Source of the DNA: a virus | Virus record (IMG/VR): IMGVR_UViG_3300047310_000412 | Span: 1 to 64,000 of that record | Length of the DNA stretch: 64,000 bases | Direction: 5' to 3' (one strand) | Part shown: piece by piece, positions 55,633 through 64,000 of the stretch | Layout of the letters: the number at the start of each line of letters is the position of its first letter | Position numbering within the stretch: the stretch's first letter is position 1 | Position numbers and translations under genes: made by a program | Notes under the pieces: model-generated | What the model saw: only the letters and a program-made list of their open reading frames with translations | Database searches by the model: none | Told to the model about the DNA's origin: nothing

Positions 55633-57135
55633 CTATTTCCTATCCCAGACGGTGTCGCCGTCATCCCAGGTGGTCTCGTCGCCGCCATCATCGCGTGCCA
55701 GTCCGGTGCCCCCGTCCCAGACCGTGCCGACACCAGGGATGTAGCCTTCACCAGGGGCCAGCATGACGCCCCAATACCCAGCATCCCAACCTTGCACCGA
55801 CGTGGACGCGGCATCCCAGGCAAAGAAGGGCTTGCCCGGTGTCGGTTGCAGCACATAAGCGCGCAGCGCGATACCCTCGGGGCGCAAATCCATCTGACCG
55901 GTCGTGAACAGCGACAACAGCACGATATCCGGTGCGCTCTCCGACAACAGACCGTAGAGCATGGTCATGTTGCCGTAGTCTTGAATGACAACCTTGAGGC
56001 CGGTGTACTGGAAGAGCGTGTCCCACGCCTCATAGGCTTTGGGGATCGAGCCGTCCCAGTGATTGGCGATAATGGTCGAATAGAGCAGAAGCCGGTAGTG
56101 ATAATCGTCCAGCCGCTGGAGCGCGTTGTCGGCGTCCATCGGCCCTTTCCAATTGGCTTGGTTCCAGCCTAAGCCTTCCTCGTCCCAGCTAAAATAGACG
56201 GCGGGAAGTTCGATCCAGCGGCTCTTGCCAATCCATTCCCCGGTGAAATCCTCCTGCTGACCGACACTGTAATCGAGGTCAAAAAGGCCCGGAATACCGG
56301 CGACAAGTTGCTGATCCCCGATCATCGCGCCAATGCTTTCCGCCACGGTTGCCATATAGCGGGGGCGCTGGTTGTGCTCGCTGGTGATCAGATTGAGATA
56401 ATCGATCGTGTTAAAAGTCGGGAACGGCAGCGGATAAGGCGGCAGCGGCACCGCAACTTCAGCAATTGCAAATGCCGCTCGCGCCCGCGCCGTGATCCTG
56501 CCGACGAGAATGTTTTGCCACGGTCCCGCGAAGCCAAATATCTGGGCGCGGCCCGCGATCCGTCCCGCCAGCGGCGCGACATAATAGGGACCAGTAAGAA
56601 GCCGCGTCTGGCTTCGGCTGGTGATCCTCCCCGAGAGGCTCAACGGCTCGGGCGAGATATGGGCGATACGCAGCCGTATCCGGCCTGACGCAATAATCCG
56701 GCCGGTCAGGAAAGTGGCGGGTATCGTGACAAGGATCGCATCCAGCATCCACGCTGATGACTTAGCGGTGATGCCGCCGCTCAAAATGGCGGTAAAGCTC
56801 GGTGGTCGAAGCTCGGTATAAGCGCGCGCGGTGACGCGCCCGTAAAGCATCCGCAGGATATTCGGCGGCGTATTAAAGATCAGCGGCAGCGCGCCGCCCG
56901 AACTGCGTGCGGTGACGCGGGCGATGAGATAAGGCGGGAACCGGCCGTGTATCTGCCCGCGTGCAGTGATCCGCCCGCTGAGATAAGGCGGCAGCACGCC
57001 AATGAATTGACTGATCGCGGTAATGCGGCCGGCCAGGACCGGCACATTAATACTTAGGACACGCCCGGCACTTCTCGCGGTGATAGTCCCCGCAAGATTA
57101 ACTTCTGCTAGCCCAGAGACAATCTCGTCAGCCAT
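55633..57135 (-). CDS. baseplate wedge protein (DUF2612-like C-terminus) with N-terminal LxGRITAR repeats
   Basis: LITSEHNQRP, FDLD..VGQQ.D, LDD..YR, NHWDG, QDYGNMT. Confidence 0.75.
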   Translation of the reverse strand: MADEIVSGLAEVNLAGTITARSAGRVLSINVPVLAGRITAISQFIGVLPPYLSGRITARGQIHGRFPPYLIARVTARSSGGALPLIFNTPPNILRMLYGRVTARAYTELRPPSFTAILSGGITAKSSAWMLDAILVTIPATFLTGRIIASGRIRLRIAHISPEPLSLSGRITSRSQTRLLTGPYYVAPLAGRIAGRAQIFGFAGPWQNILVGRITARARAAFAIAEVAVPLPPYPLPFPTFNTIDYLNLITSEHNQRPRYMATVAESIGAMIGDQQLVAGIPGLFDLDYSVGQQEDFTGEWIGKSRWIELPAVYFSWDEEGLGWNQANWKGPMDADNALQRLDDYHYRLLLYSTIIANHWDGSIPKAYEAWDTLFQYTGLKVVIQDYGNMTMLYGLLSESAPDIVLLSLFTTGQMDLRPEGIALRAYVLQPTPGKPFFAWDAASTSVQGWDAGYWGVMLAPGEGYIPGVGTVWDGGTGLARDDGGDETTWDDGDTVWDRK

Positions 57136-57795
57136 CTACGCAAGCGTGATCGACAGTGAATTGGCAGGGAATGTCGCTTGCACATTGGCGATGATGCTTT
57201 GCGTGGCGACCTTGCGGACACTGCCATCGCCGCTGGTGATACTGTTGACCGCCAGCCCGCCTTGGGTCGTGGTGAAGGTGTCGGTCAGACTGTTGGCGAC
57301 AAGCAGCGCCCCGGTCAGACCGCCTTGATTGTAAGTCGGTGCAACGCCGCCATACTCGAGCGAGAACATCACCGTGTCGCCGTTGAGGAAATTATGCCGG
57401 GGCGATGTAATAACGGCCGGCGCGGCAGCGCTGACCGTGCAGGGTAACCACGCAAAGGCCCCGAAATAATCCCATGCCATGAGATTACCCGCCGTCGCCG
57501 CGTCGTAGATACCAAAAGCGAGGACCGTGCCCCAGCCTGCCGTCGAGACCGGAAAGACGATCGGGTTCGCGTTCTGGATAAGGCTCGGGGCCTGCGAACT
57601 GGGGGCTGACCAGTCGGTCGGTGCCGTGGCCACGCGTGAATAGGCTCCCCCGGCAACTTCGGTAAAGCCGGTCCCGTCATCCGCCCCTGCGGCGGTAAAA
57701 AGCGCCACATAGGCCGTGCGCAGCGCGAAGATCGCGGTCTTGCCGGTAATGTGACCAAGCACTCCTTGTGAAGTGTACGTCGTTAGCCCAGACAT
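57136..57795 (-). CDS. virion structural protein
   Basis: YVALFT...EV.GG.Y.R...N...I.FP....WG....GIYDAATAGN pattern typical of tail/baseplate proteins. Confidence 0.7.
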   Translation of the reverse strand: MSGLTTYTSQGVLGHITGKTAIFALRTAYVALFTAAGADDGTGFTEVAGGAYSRVATAPTDWSAPSSQAPSLIQNANPIVFPVSTAGWGTVLAFGIYDAATAGNLMAWDYFGAFAWLPCTVSAAAPAVITSPRHNFLNGDTVMFSLEYGGVAPTYNQGGLTGALLVANSLTDTFTTTQGGLAVNSITSGDGSVRKVATQSIIANVQATFPANSLSITLA

Positions 57796-57808
57796 GGTCT
57801 TGCTCCCC

Positions 57809-58987
57809 TTATGAGACAGTGACGGTGATCAAGTCGGCTTCACACATTGCCGCCTCGATAAACGAGATAGAAACATCGGCACTGGAAGGCGGCGCACCAT
57901 CGCGCGATTGCTGGACCAGTGTAACATCGTAGGTCAGCCCGTCCGGTTCCGGTAACTGCGTCGCCGCGATCAATTTGGAGATGTAGCTGTCGTAGCCGAT
58001 CGGCAGCGTCACCAAATAATTGATAACCTGATTGACGATTTCTGTCTCGATCGCCTGGGTGAAACCAGCAAGTGCCTTCAGATAAATGTTCACCCTGACC
58101 GGCACCATGATCAATTGGAAGAAATTGATCCTGGCCGGGATACCACGTATGTCATAGATGATGATCGACGTGGTGCCAAAAGTCGGACTGCCCGGCGTCT
58201 TGCGCAGCGCGATGGCGTTGGCGATAGCCTGGGCGTCGCCGCCCTGCACCACCACTGCCATCGAATAAGCCGGGATGCCGTTTACATCGGGCGCGTTGGT
58301 CGGGTTCTCGTAGACCATCACGCGCTGCACACCATAGAGATTTTCGATCGCGCCCTGGATGCCAAGCACCACCGTCTGCGAAGGATTAGCTGTCGATTGC
58401 GTCTGGCGGCGGCGCAACTGCGCATCGCTCTCGACCGGTGCGCCGACAAACGCCGCAGATACGTCGTTATTCACCGTCTGCCAGCCAGGGACCGGTGTCA
58501 AAATCTGCGTGATCGTACCGACATTAGCTACCACCGCGCCCAGCGTCGTACAGGTCGCTGTGACCGTGATTTCGCCCTCGGGAGGGATGATGATCCCGTC
58601 AGGCAACAGCCACTGCGTGCTGAGATTAAGATCGTCGCCGACAAGGCTACCGCCAATATTCGTCCCAGCCTGCCCGACACAGCGGACGGCAACCGTGCTA
58701 AAGGACGCCACCAAGCGGCGGATGCCGTTGATCTTAACCACCGAACTGAGGCCGCCGCCAACAGCATAAGAGGGGCTATAGGAGAGATAGGTCGCGGCGA
58801 CCGTCAGATTGGTGTCGTTGATCGCCTTGGCGATCACCGATAACCACTGCCCGTCCTGAGTATCCGGGTCAAGATCGACATCACTTCCATAGATCGCTTT
58901 GTACTGATCCTGCAAATAGACCAGAACATCAGTAAAGAGCGGGACAGTGACACCGTTGCCATCGATCACGGTAATCGGAAAAGCCAT
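57809..58987 (-). CDS. baseplate J/gp47-like protein
   Basis: IYGSD..DTQDGQW, INGIRR, GxxxESDAQLRxR, VYEN.T..D.NG.P. Confidence 0.88.
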   Translation of the reverse strand: MAFPITVIDGNGVTVPLFTDVLVYLQDQYKAIYGSDVDLDPDTQDGQWLSVIAKAINDTNLTVAATYLSYSPSYAVGGGLSSVVKINGIRRLVASFSTVAVRCVGQAGTNIGGSLVGDDLNLSTQWLLPDGIIIPPEGEITVTATCTTLGAVVANVGTITQILTPVPGWQTVNNDVSAAFVGAPVESDAQLRRRQTQSTANPSQTVVLGIQGAIENLYGVQRVMVYENPTNAPDVNGIPAYSMAVVVQGGDAQAIANAIALRKTPGSPTFGTTSIIIYDIRGIPARINFFQLIMVPVRVNIYLKALAGFTQAIETEIVNQVINYLVTLPIGYDSYISKLIAATQLPEPDGLTYDVTLVQQSRDGAPPSSADVSISFIEAAMCEADLITVTVS

Positions 58988-58993
58988 CGCTTT

Positions 58994-59488
58994 TTACCTC
59001 GCTGGCAAGCGCCGCAACAGCGGGGGAACAGGCCAGCCTTGGGGCATGCGCGGGGCCGGGGCAACAGCCACATTGATCGCCGGCTGTGCCGTTTCAGTCT
59101 GCTGGTTGATAGCCAGTTCGAACTGACGGCCATAGATCGTGTCGATCGTCGCGCCAACCGCAAACGCCCGCGTGTCCGGATCGACCGCGCTGTAGTAATT
59201 ATTCAGCGTGAACACGCCGTCAGTCGTGACAATGCGTTCGCGGATCGCGGCGTCCCGCGACAATTGCGTGTGGACACCTAAAATCCGGCCCTGCCGTACC
59301 ACCAGATCATTGAGCGGGAAACCGCCCCATGGAGTTCCAGCGGTGGTGTCGAGAAACCATTCACCCGTGAACAGCAAGAGGCGCGTCATAACCGATTGCC
59401 CGACGCCTTCCGGCTGGTCATGCCAGAAATCGCCCGCACTGTGGCCGAACTGCATGTCCCGATTGGCGTCGAGCTTTCGGTAGCGCAT
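58994..59488 (-). CDS. baseplate wedge/sheath initiator (gp25/gp46-like)
   Basis: MRYRKLD..DMQFG, TRLxLFxGEWFLD, TIYG. Confidence 0.8.
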   Translation of the reverse strand: MRYRKLDANRDMQFGHSAGDFWHDQPEGVGQSVMTRLLLFTGEWFLDTTAGTPWGGFPLNDLVVRQGRILGVHTQLSRDAAIRERIVTTDGVFTLNNYYSAVDPDTRAFAVGATIDTIYGRQFELAINQQTETAQPAINVAVAPAPRMPQGWPVPPLLRRLPAR

Positions 59489-59688
59489 TAGTTGGGCATC
59501 GACGGCGGGGGCATGCCGATCTGGTCCACGCCATTCTGCGGCATTTGCTGCTGCAACTGGTTGCTGATCGACTGGATCAGCGGCGCGGCCAGTTCGTAAG
59601 GGGCCTTGACCAAGGCCGCCATCACACCATTCCACTGCTGAGCTTCGAGGCTGATGTTAAGCTGTGTCGTCGGTGAAATCGGGTCCAT
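59488..59688 (-). CDS. small structural-region protein
   Basis: AGGAGG RBS; ALxKxPY...PLI..I. Confidence 0.7.
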   Translation of the reverse strand: MDPISPTTQLNISLEAQQWNGVMAALVKAPYELAAPLIQSISNQLQQQMPQNGVDQIGMPPPSMPN

Positions 59689-59709
59689 CGCTCTTCCTCC
59701 TCCTGGGGT

Positions 59710-59991
59710 TTACTTCCTGACATCCAAAGCCGTTAACTCTTGGTCGATCGCCTCGTTGCGTGCATAGAGCGCGGCCAGTGCCTGCACTACCAGATCGGGC
59801 GGATTGGGCGGCGGCAACGGGATCGAAACTGCCACTTGCAGCGTCGGCGGTGGATCATCCGTTGGCGTCGGCGGATTGATCACTAGCATACTGAGCGTGC
59901 CGCCTCTATTCAGATAATCGATTGCCATCTGAACCTGTTGCTGCTCCAGATAAAGCGCGTGGACTTGCGGGATATTGCTGTAATCGGTCAT
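59710..59991 (-). CDS. tail-fibre-associated protein (paralogue family)
   Basis: MTDYSNIP...GGTL. Confidence 0.7.
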   Translation of the reverse strand: MTDYSNIPQVHALYLEQQQVQMAIDYLNRGGTLSMLVINPPTPTDDPPPTLQVAVSIPLPPPNPPDLVVQALAALYARNEAIDQELTALDVRK

Positions 59992-60602
59992 GCGTGCCCC
60001 CGGCTAGCTGGTGGTGCGGTAACAACGACACTATTCGACGGCGGTGCTGTAGTTGTACCGATCGCATTGCTCGCCGTCACCGTGCAGCCGATAGTCTGCC
60101 CGACATCGGCAAAGCTGATCGGATAAAGTGATGCGTTGGTTCCTATCAGCGTGCCGTCATCCTTCGCCCACTGATAGGCGTAGGTAGCTGGCGATTGCTG
60201 CATGTTGTTCCAATTCCCCATGGTGCAGGTCAGATTATTGCCGGCCTGCTCGACATAAGGGACATCGACATTCTCAGGCGGATCGGTGATCGGCGGCGGC
60301 GGCGGACCGACATCGTAAGTGGCAAGTTCATCGACAATATTCTGCTGCCGCGTCGTCAGCCAATCGTTGAGCGCATTGATCATCTCATCCGACAACGGCT
60401 CGGTGACCTGGATATTGACCGACATCATCATCGTCGTCGGAAGAGGAGGAGGCATCCCATCGAGCGCAGGCGGCGGGACCGGCGGCGCAATCGTGAAATT
60501 CGACATGGTGCCGCCGGCAGCGAGCATGTCGAGCGCCTGTTGCGTTCGCTCGCTCTCACCGTGCAGCGTCGTGACAGTCGGGATGTCGGCGTAATCGGTC
60601 AT
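59988..60602 (-). CDS. tail-fibre-associated protein with C-terminal Ig-like domain
   Basis: MTDYADIP...GGTM; LTCTMGNW...YAYQW...[14 protein letters not shown]. Confidence 0.7.
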   Translation of the reverse strand: MTDYADIPTVTTLHGESERTQQALDMLAAGGTMSNFTIAPPVPPPALDGMPPPLPTTMMMSVNIQVTEPLSDEMINALNDWLTTRQQNIVDELATYDVGPPPPPITDPPENVDVPYVEQAGNNLTCTMGNWNNMQQSPATYAYQWAKDDGTLIGTNASLYPISFADVGQTIGCTVTASNAIGTTTAPPSNSVVVTAPPASRGHA

Positions 60603-62926
60603 GCGCGGGCCTCCTTCAAACTGGCTACTTCAGCAGCCAGTTCTTTTACCGCATTGATGAGCGCGGCGGTAATTTGCGCGTAATCGATGGCCAAGCGCGG
60701 CTCATCGCCTAAATTGGTCTCGATCAACTTTACAGCTTGCGGCAGGACCGTCTGAACTTCCTGGGCGATCAAGCCAAGCTCCTCGCGATCCGGTGTCGCG
60801 CGGCGGCGAAAGGTCTTAGGGACCAGACCAAGAATACAAACGAGACCGATATCGCTGGCGGCAATGTTGATTTTTAACCGCTCATCCGAATAGGCATTAA
60901 AGGCCGATGCCGTCATCGCGCCGTTGCCGGCGTAGAACACCGAGTCACCCGCCCCGCTACCAGACCAAAAGGCATTGATGACGCCCCCGGAGTAGCAAAG
61001 ATACCGCCCGCCATTGCACTGGTAGTCTCCAGCGGCTCCAACAGTACCGTGGGACTGAAGTGATCCCGCAATGCAGGCATTGGGGCAGTTCAGTTGGTTG
61101 CCGGAATTGATGTTTCCCGCGTTCCAGATATCGCCGCGTGAATAGAGACCGGCAGCATGTACAACTTGGTCGAAGTAAGCGTAGCCGCTGTTGTTGTAGA
61201 GGCGATTGCCACCAAAATAGAGACTGCCGTTGGTCTGAAGATCACCATCGGTGTGGAACGAATTTGTTGTCCACCACCAGCCGCTATTGTTGTGAACCTG
61301 CAATCCTGCGAGATAGAAATAGTTATTACAAGTAATATTGTTGGCTTGGAAATCACTATCAGTATGGATCGGGTTCGGCGTCCACCACCAGCCGCCGTTG
61401 TTCCACCATTGGCATCCTCCAATAAAGAAGCTGCCACTCGAATAGACATTGCCGCCAGTGAAAGACCCAGGACAGGAGCAGTTCCCGCCACCATCCGCAA
61501 AGAAGATACGTGCGCCGCCGTAGTTGCGCATCTCGACGCCGATGTTGGCGCTCCCCGGCTTGAGGATCAGATAATTGCCGTCACCGTAGACCAGCGGCCC
61601 GCCAGAGCCATTGACCGGTTGCCCGCCGGAACTGTTGAGCCAAAGATACTGGCCCGCACAATAGTAGTTTCCGGCACAGTTGAAGTTATTACGCGAGTAT
61701 ATGTCGTAGACATTGACCGATCCGCCGACATAGAACGAGCTATCGCACTGTACCGGCCCCGGAAATTCGATATTCCCCCAAACGCCTGCCGACGCTCGGT
61801 AGTAGCCGATCTGTGCCCAGTTTGCCGAGGTCTCGGGCTTGAAGGTAAGAAAGGAATTTCTATCGCTCTTGTAGACCGTGAGGCTGTCGCCCCCATCAGC
61901 CCCCTGGACCGCGATAGCGTTAGACTGAACCGGCCCGTTTGACTCCAGGCGAACCGGGCCGCCACGATAATGCGTGCTGCGGTTGGTCTCACTGAAGTAC
62001 AATTCGTTGTTGGTGTAGAAAGTGCAGATAGTCTGCGCCGCCCCGGTAGTATCCTTGGCTTGCAAATACGTGCCGTTGTTCATCACGACGTAGCCGTTGG
62101 GGTACACCGAAAGCAGATCGCTCGTGCCGGTGTTCCACAGACGGGCAATATTGCTCGTGGCGTACCAACCCCAAGAGGAAGTTCCGGTACGATCGGCAAA
62201 CAAGAGAATGGCGTTGCTGCCTGCGGAAGAGATACTGTTGCCAGCGCTGATATTGCCGGGCAGTGTCAGATTGCCGGTCCCGCTCAGTGTCATCATTATC
62301 GCGGTGCCGGCAAACCACTGAAACTGCGCGGTGCTGCCGGGGACCGAAAACCACAGTGTGCCGCTTGCCATACCAAGGGCATAGTCAACGGCGGCACCAC
62401 CAAGGCCATCCCACAACGTGAATTTAGTCCCCGGAGAGCGCGTGGTGAAGGTCGGATTACCCAGACCGACATTGTTGAAGTGAATTAAATTCGACGTGCC
62501 GTTATTGGCTGAAATTAGTCCCGGCGCGGTCGTCCAGTCAGTCGCGACAAAATGGCCGGCCCCGTCGCTGTACTGGATTTGCCCAGCGGTGCCCACCGAT
62601 GTCGATGTTCCCTGCGGGCCGATCGGCCCCTGCGAGCCGACTGGCCCCTGTATCCCCTGCGGCCCCTGTGGGCCGGTCGGTCCCGGCACTGTCGAGGTGG
62701 GGCCTACTGGACCCTGCACGCCGGTATTTCCGGTCGAACCCTTTGGCCCGACTGGACCCTGGATACCCTGTGGCCCCTGTGGCCCCTGTGGGCCGGGCGG
62801 CCCTTGATAGGCGCTCTGGGTGGAATAGGCCTCCCATTTCTGGCCATCCCATTTCCACGTGTCACCAGCGGTCGCGTCGCTGAACATCTGGCCGTTGGTT
62901 GGATTGGCTGGGAAGTCAAGAGACAT
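60599..62926 (-). CDS. tail fibre with collagen segment and S74 chaperone
   Basis: LDFPANP...WKWDG N-terminus; GPQ repeats; YSDERLK..I...GLIAQEV...IDYAQI. Confidence 0.85.
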   Translation of the reverse strand: MSLDFPANPTNGQMFSDATAGDTWKWDGQKWEAYSTQSAYQGPPGPQGPQGPQGIQGPVGPKGSTGNTGVQGPVGPTSTVPGPTGPQGPQGIQGPVGSQGPIGPQGTSTSVGTAGQIQYSDGAGHFVATDWTTAPGLISANNGTSNLIHFNNVGLGNPTFTTRSPGTKFTLWDGLGGAAVDYALGMASGTLWFSVPGSTAQFQWFAGTAIMMTLSGTGNLTLPGNISAGNSISSAGSNAILLFADRTGTSSWGWYATSNIARLWNTGTSDLLSVYPNGYVVMNNGTYLQAKDTTGAAQTICTFYTNNELYFSETNRSTHYRGGPVRLESNGPVQSNAIAVQGADGGDSLTVYKSDRNSFLTFKPETSANWAQIGYYRASAGVWGNIEFPGPVQCDSSFYVGGSVNVYDIYSRNNFNCAGNYYCAGQYLWLNSSGGQPVNGSGGPLVYGDGNYLILKPGSANIGVEMRNYGGARIFFADGGGNCSCPGSFTGGNVYSSGSFFIGGCQWWNNGGWWWTPNPIHTDSDFQANNITCNNYFYLAGLQVHNNSGWWWTTNSFHTDGDLQTNGSLYFGGNRLYNNSGYAYFDQVVHAAGLYSRGDIWNAGNINSGNQLNCPNACIAGSLQSHGTVGAAGDYQCNGGRYLCYSGGVINAFWSGSGAGDSVFYAGNGAMTASAFNAYSDERLKINIAASDIGLVCILGLVPKTFRRRATPDREELGLIAQEVQTVLPQAVKLIETNLGDEPRLAIDYAQITAALINAVKELAAEVASLKEARA

Positions 62927-64000
62927 ATCTTGCCTCCAAGGCCTCGACGCGCGCCGTCAGCGCACTATTGCTGGCGGCAAGCTCCTGGCAGGCTTTCCAG
63001 AGGACCGCCACAAGCTCGGTCTTATCGACCGCCTCATGCTCGCCGTCGCGGTGGTAGCCGCCCCAATCCTCGCCGATGACCGTCGCCACCTCGTCGGCGA
63101 CAAAGCCATAATGCACTCGGTTGTCGGGGACTTTGTCTTGACGCCAGCGAAATTGAACGGCGCGTAGCGCGCTGATCTTCTCCAAGGCCGGCGACAGTTC
63201 CGCGATGTCGGTTTTCAAATTACGGCTAGACGAACCCGGATAGCCAAGCGAATAGACATTGCCCCAGGCTTGGCCGTTCATACCGCAATTGGCGCTGTTG
63301 CCGGTAACAGGAGCGAAGTTTAGGTTGGTAAACTGGAACATATTACCGGCGGCGCTATGCCAGAGATAAGCCCAATCACTGCTGGCGTACCAGCCAAAGT
63401 TGTTGGGTGCGTTGCGGTTGTCGAACGAAAGCATCGCCGAACTACCAACGGTATGATATGACTGCGCCTGGGACCCGCCGTTGATAGTTTCGACGCCGTT
63501 GACCGTGACCGCCGCTAGGCTTGATGCTCCGTTGACAGTAAGCCCACCACCTATGGAGCAAGCACCATCTGCGTGCAGACCGGCGTAAGAATACAAACCA
63601 TTGCCACCGGCAAGAACACCAGCAGCTACGTAAAACCAGCCGTTGTTGTAAATATCCATACCGTTAAGATTGAAATGGCCTTGAACAGTTAATTGTCCAC
63701 CTACGATAACTTGGTTTCCAGTGTTATTACCGTTGAGCCAAATAGTGGTGTTACTTTCAATGTGGGCGTTGCCATCATCGAATATCTGGAGATAATTGCC
63801 GCCGTTGTTACATTGGATGATGTTGCTGGCACTGCTATTGGTCATCGTGAGGCCGGTATTGCAGTACACCCCGTGACCAAATGTTATGTTACCGTTGGAG
63901 AGAGTTACAGTGAGGGGGCGAAGCCCGTTCCAATTACCCCAAGCATCGTTTACAGCGGTCAGCAGCAGATACATATTCGCCGTGTCGGTGTACCACATCG
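62916..64000 (-). CDS. tail fibre C-terminal part with S74 chaperone (5' end outside the window)
   Basis: SSRNLKTDI...YGFVADEV...LWKACQEL. Confidence 0.82.
   Translation of the reverse strand, partial: MWYTDTANMYLLLTAVNDAWGNWNGLRPLTVTLSNGNITFGHGVYCNTGLTMTNSSASNIIQCNNGGNYLQIFDDGNAHIESNTTIWLNGNNTGNQVIVGGQLTVQGHFNLNGMDIYNNGWFYVAAGVLAGGNGLYSYAGLHADGACSIGGGLTVNGASSLAAVTVNGVETINGGSQAQSYHTVGSSAMLSFDNRNAPNNFGWYASSDWAYLWHSAAGNMFQFTNLNFAPVTGNSANCGMNGQAWGNVYSLGYPGSSSRNLKTDIAELSPALEKISALRAVQFRWRQDKVPDNRVHYGFVADEVATVIGEDWGGYHRDGEHEAVDKTELVAVLWKACQELAASNSALTARVEALEARYVS

Noticed and set aside
53455-64000. Diversity-generating retroelement or invertible tail-fibre cassette
   Set aside because: No reverse transcriptase, invertase or adenine-specific TR/VR pair seen; the repeats are at protein level.

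Overview
A 64-kb segment of a GC-rich, tailed dsDNA bacteriophage with a contractile-tail (myovirus-type) baseplate. The host is most likely an alphaproteobacterium: 14 promoters match the CTTGAC-N17-CTATAT RpoD-type consensus. There are three arms. (1) 1-21.3 kb, minus strand: replication/recombination (SNF2 helicase, DnaB, SbcCD-like nuclease, Holliday-junction resolvase, RecA, SSB, UvsY-like, clamp loader, UDG-PolA fusion, probable sliding clamp, class II RNR), plus QueE, a DpdA/TGT-like transglycosylase, a NusG paralogue and tRNA-His. (2) 21.5-52 kb, mostly plus strand: promoter-headed cassettes of small accessory genes, including amidoligase, GGCT, primase, a sigma-region-2-like protein, QueC, a HAD nucleotidase and a minimal ligase. 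(3) 52.5-64 kb, minus strand: baseplate and three S74-chaperone tail fibres. The standout is a self-contained cassette at 39.8-41.6 kb: two secreted PEP-CTERM (exosortase substrate) proteins behind tandem TGT-N11-AC(A/G) enhancer sites and a sigma-54 promoter, i.e. phage surface-protein genes apparently wired into the host PrsK/PrsR-sigma54 regulon. Also notable: a second, -10-only promoter class (GGGGTATA) with a candidate phage sigma factor; a conserved covarying 5'-leader hairpin; several intergenic structured-RNA candidates with loop-loop complementarity; a dispersed 7-deazaguanine DNA-modification set; and a PolA with atypical catalytic motifs. No integrase, CRISPR array or reverse transcriptase was seen. 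All calls are from motif reading by eye; no database searches were run.
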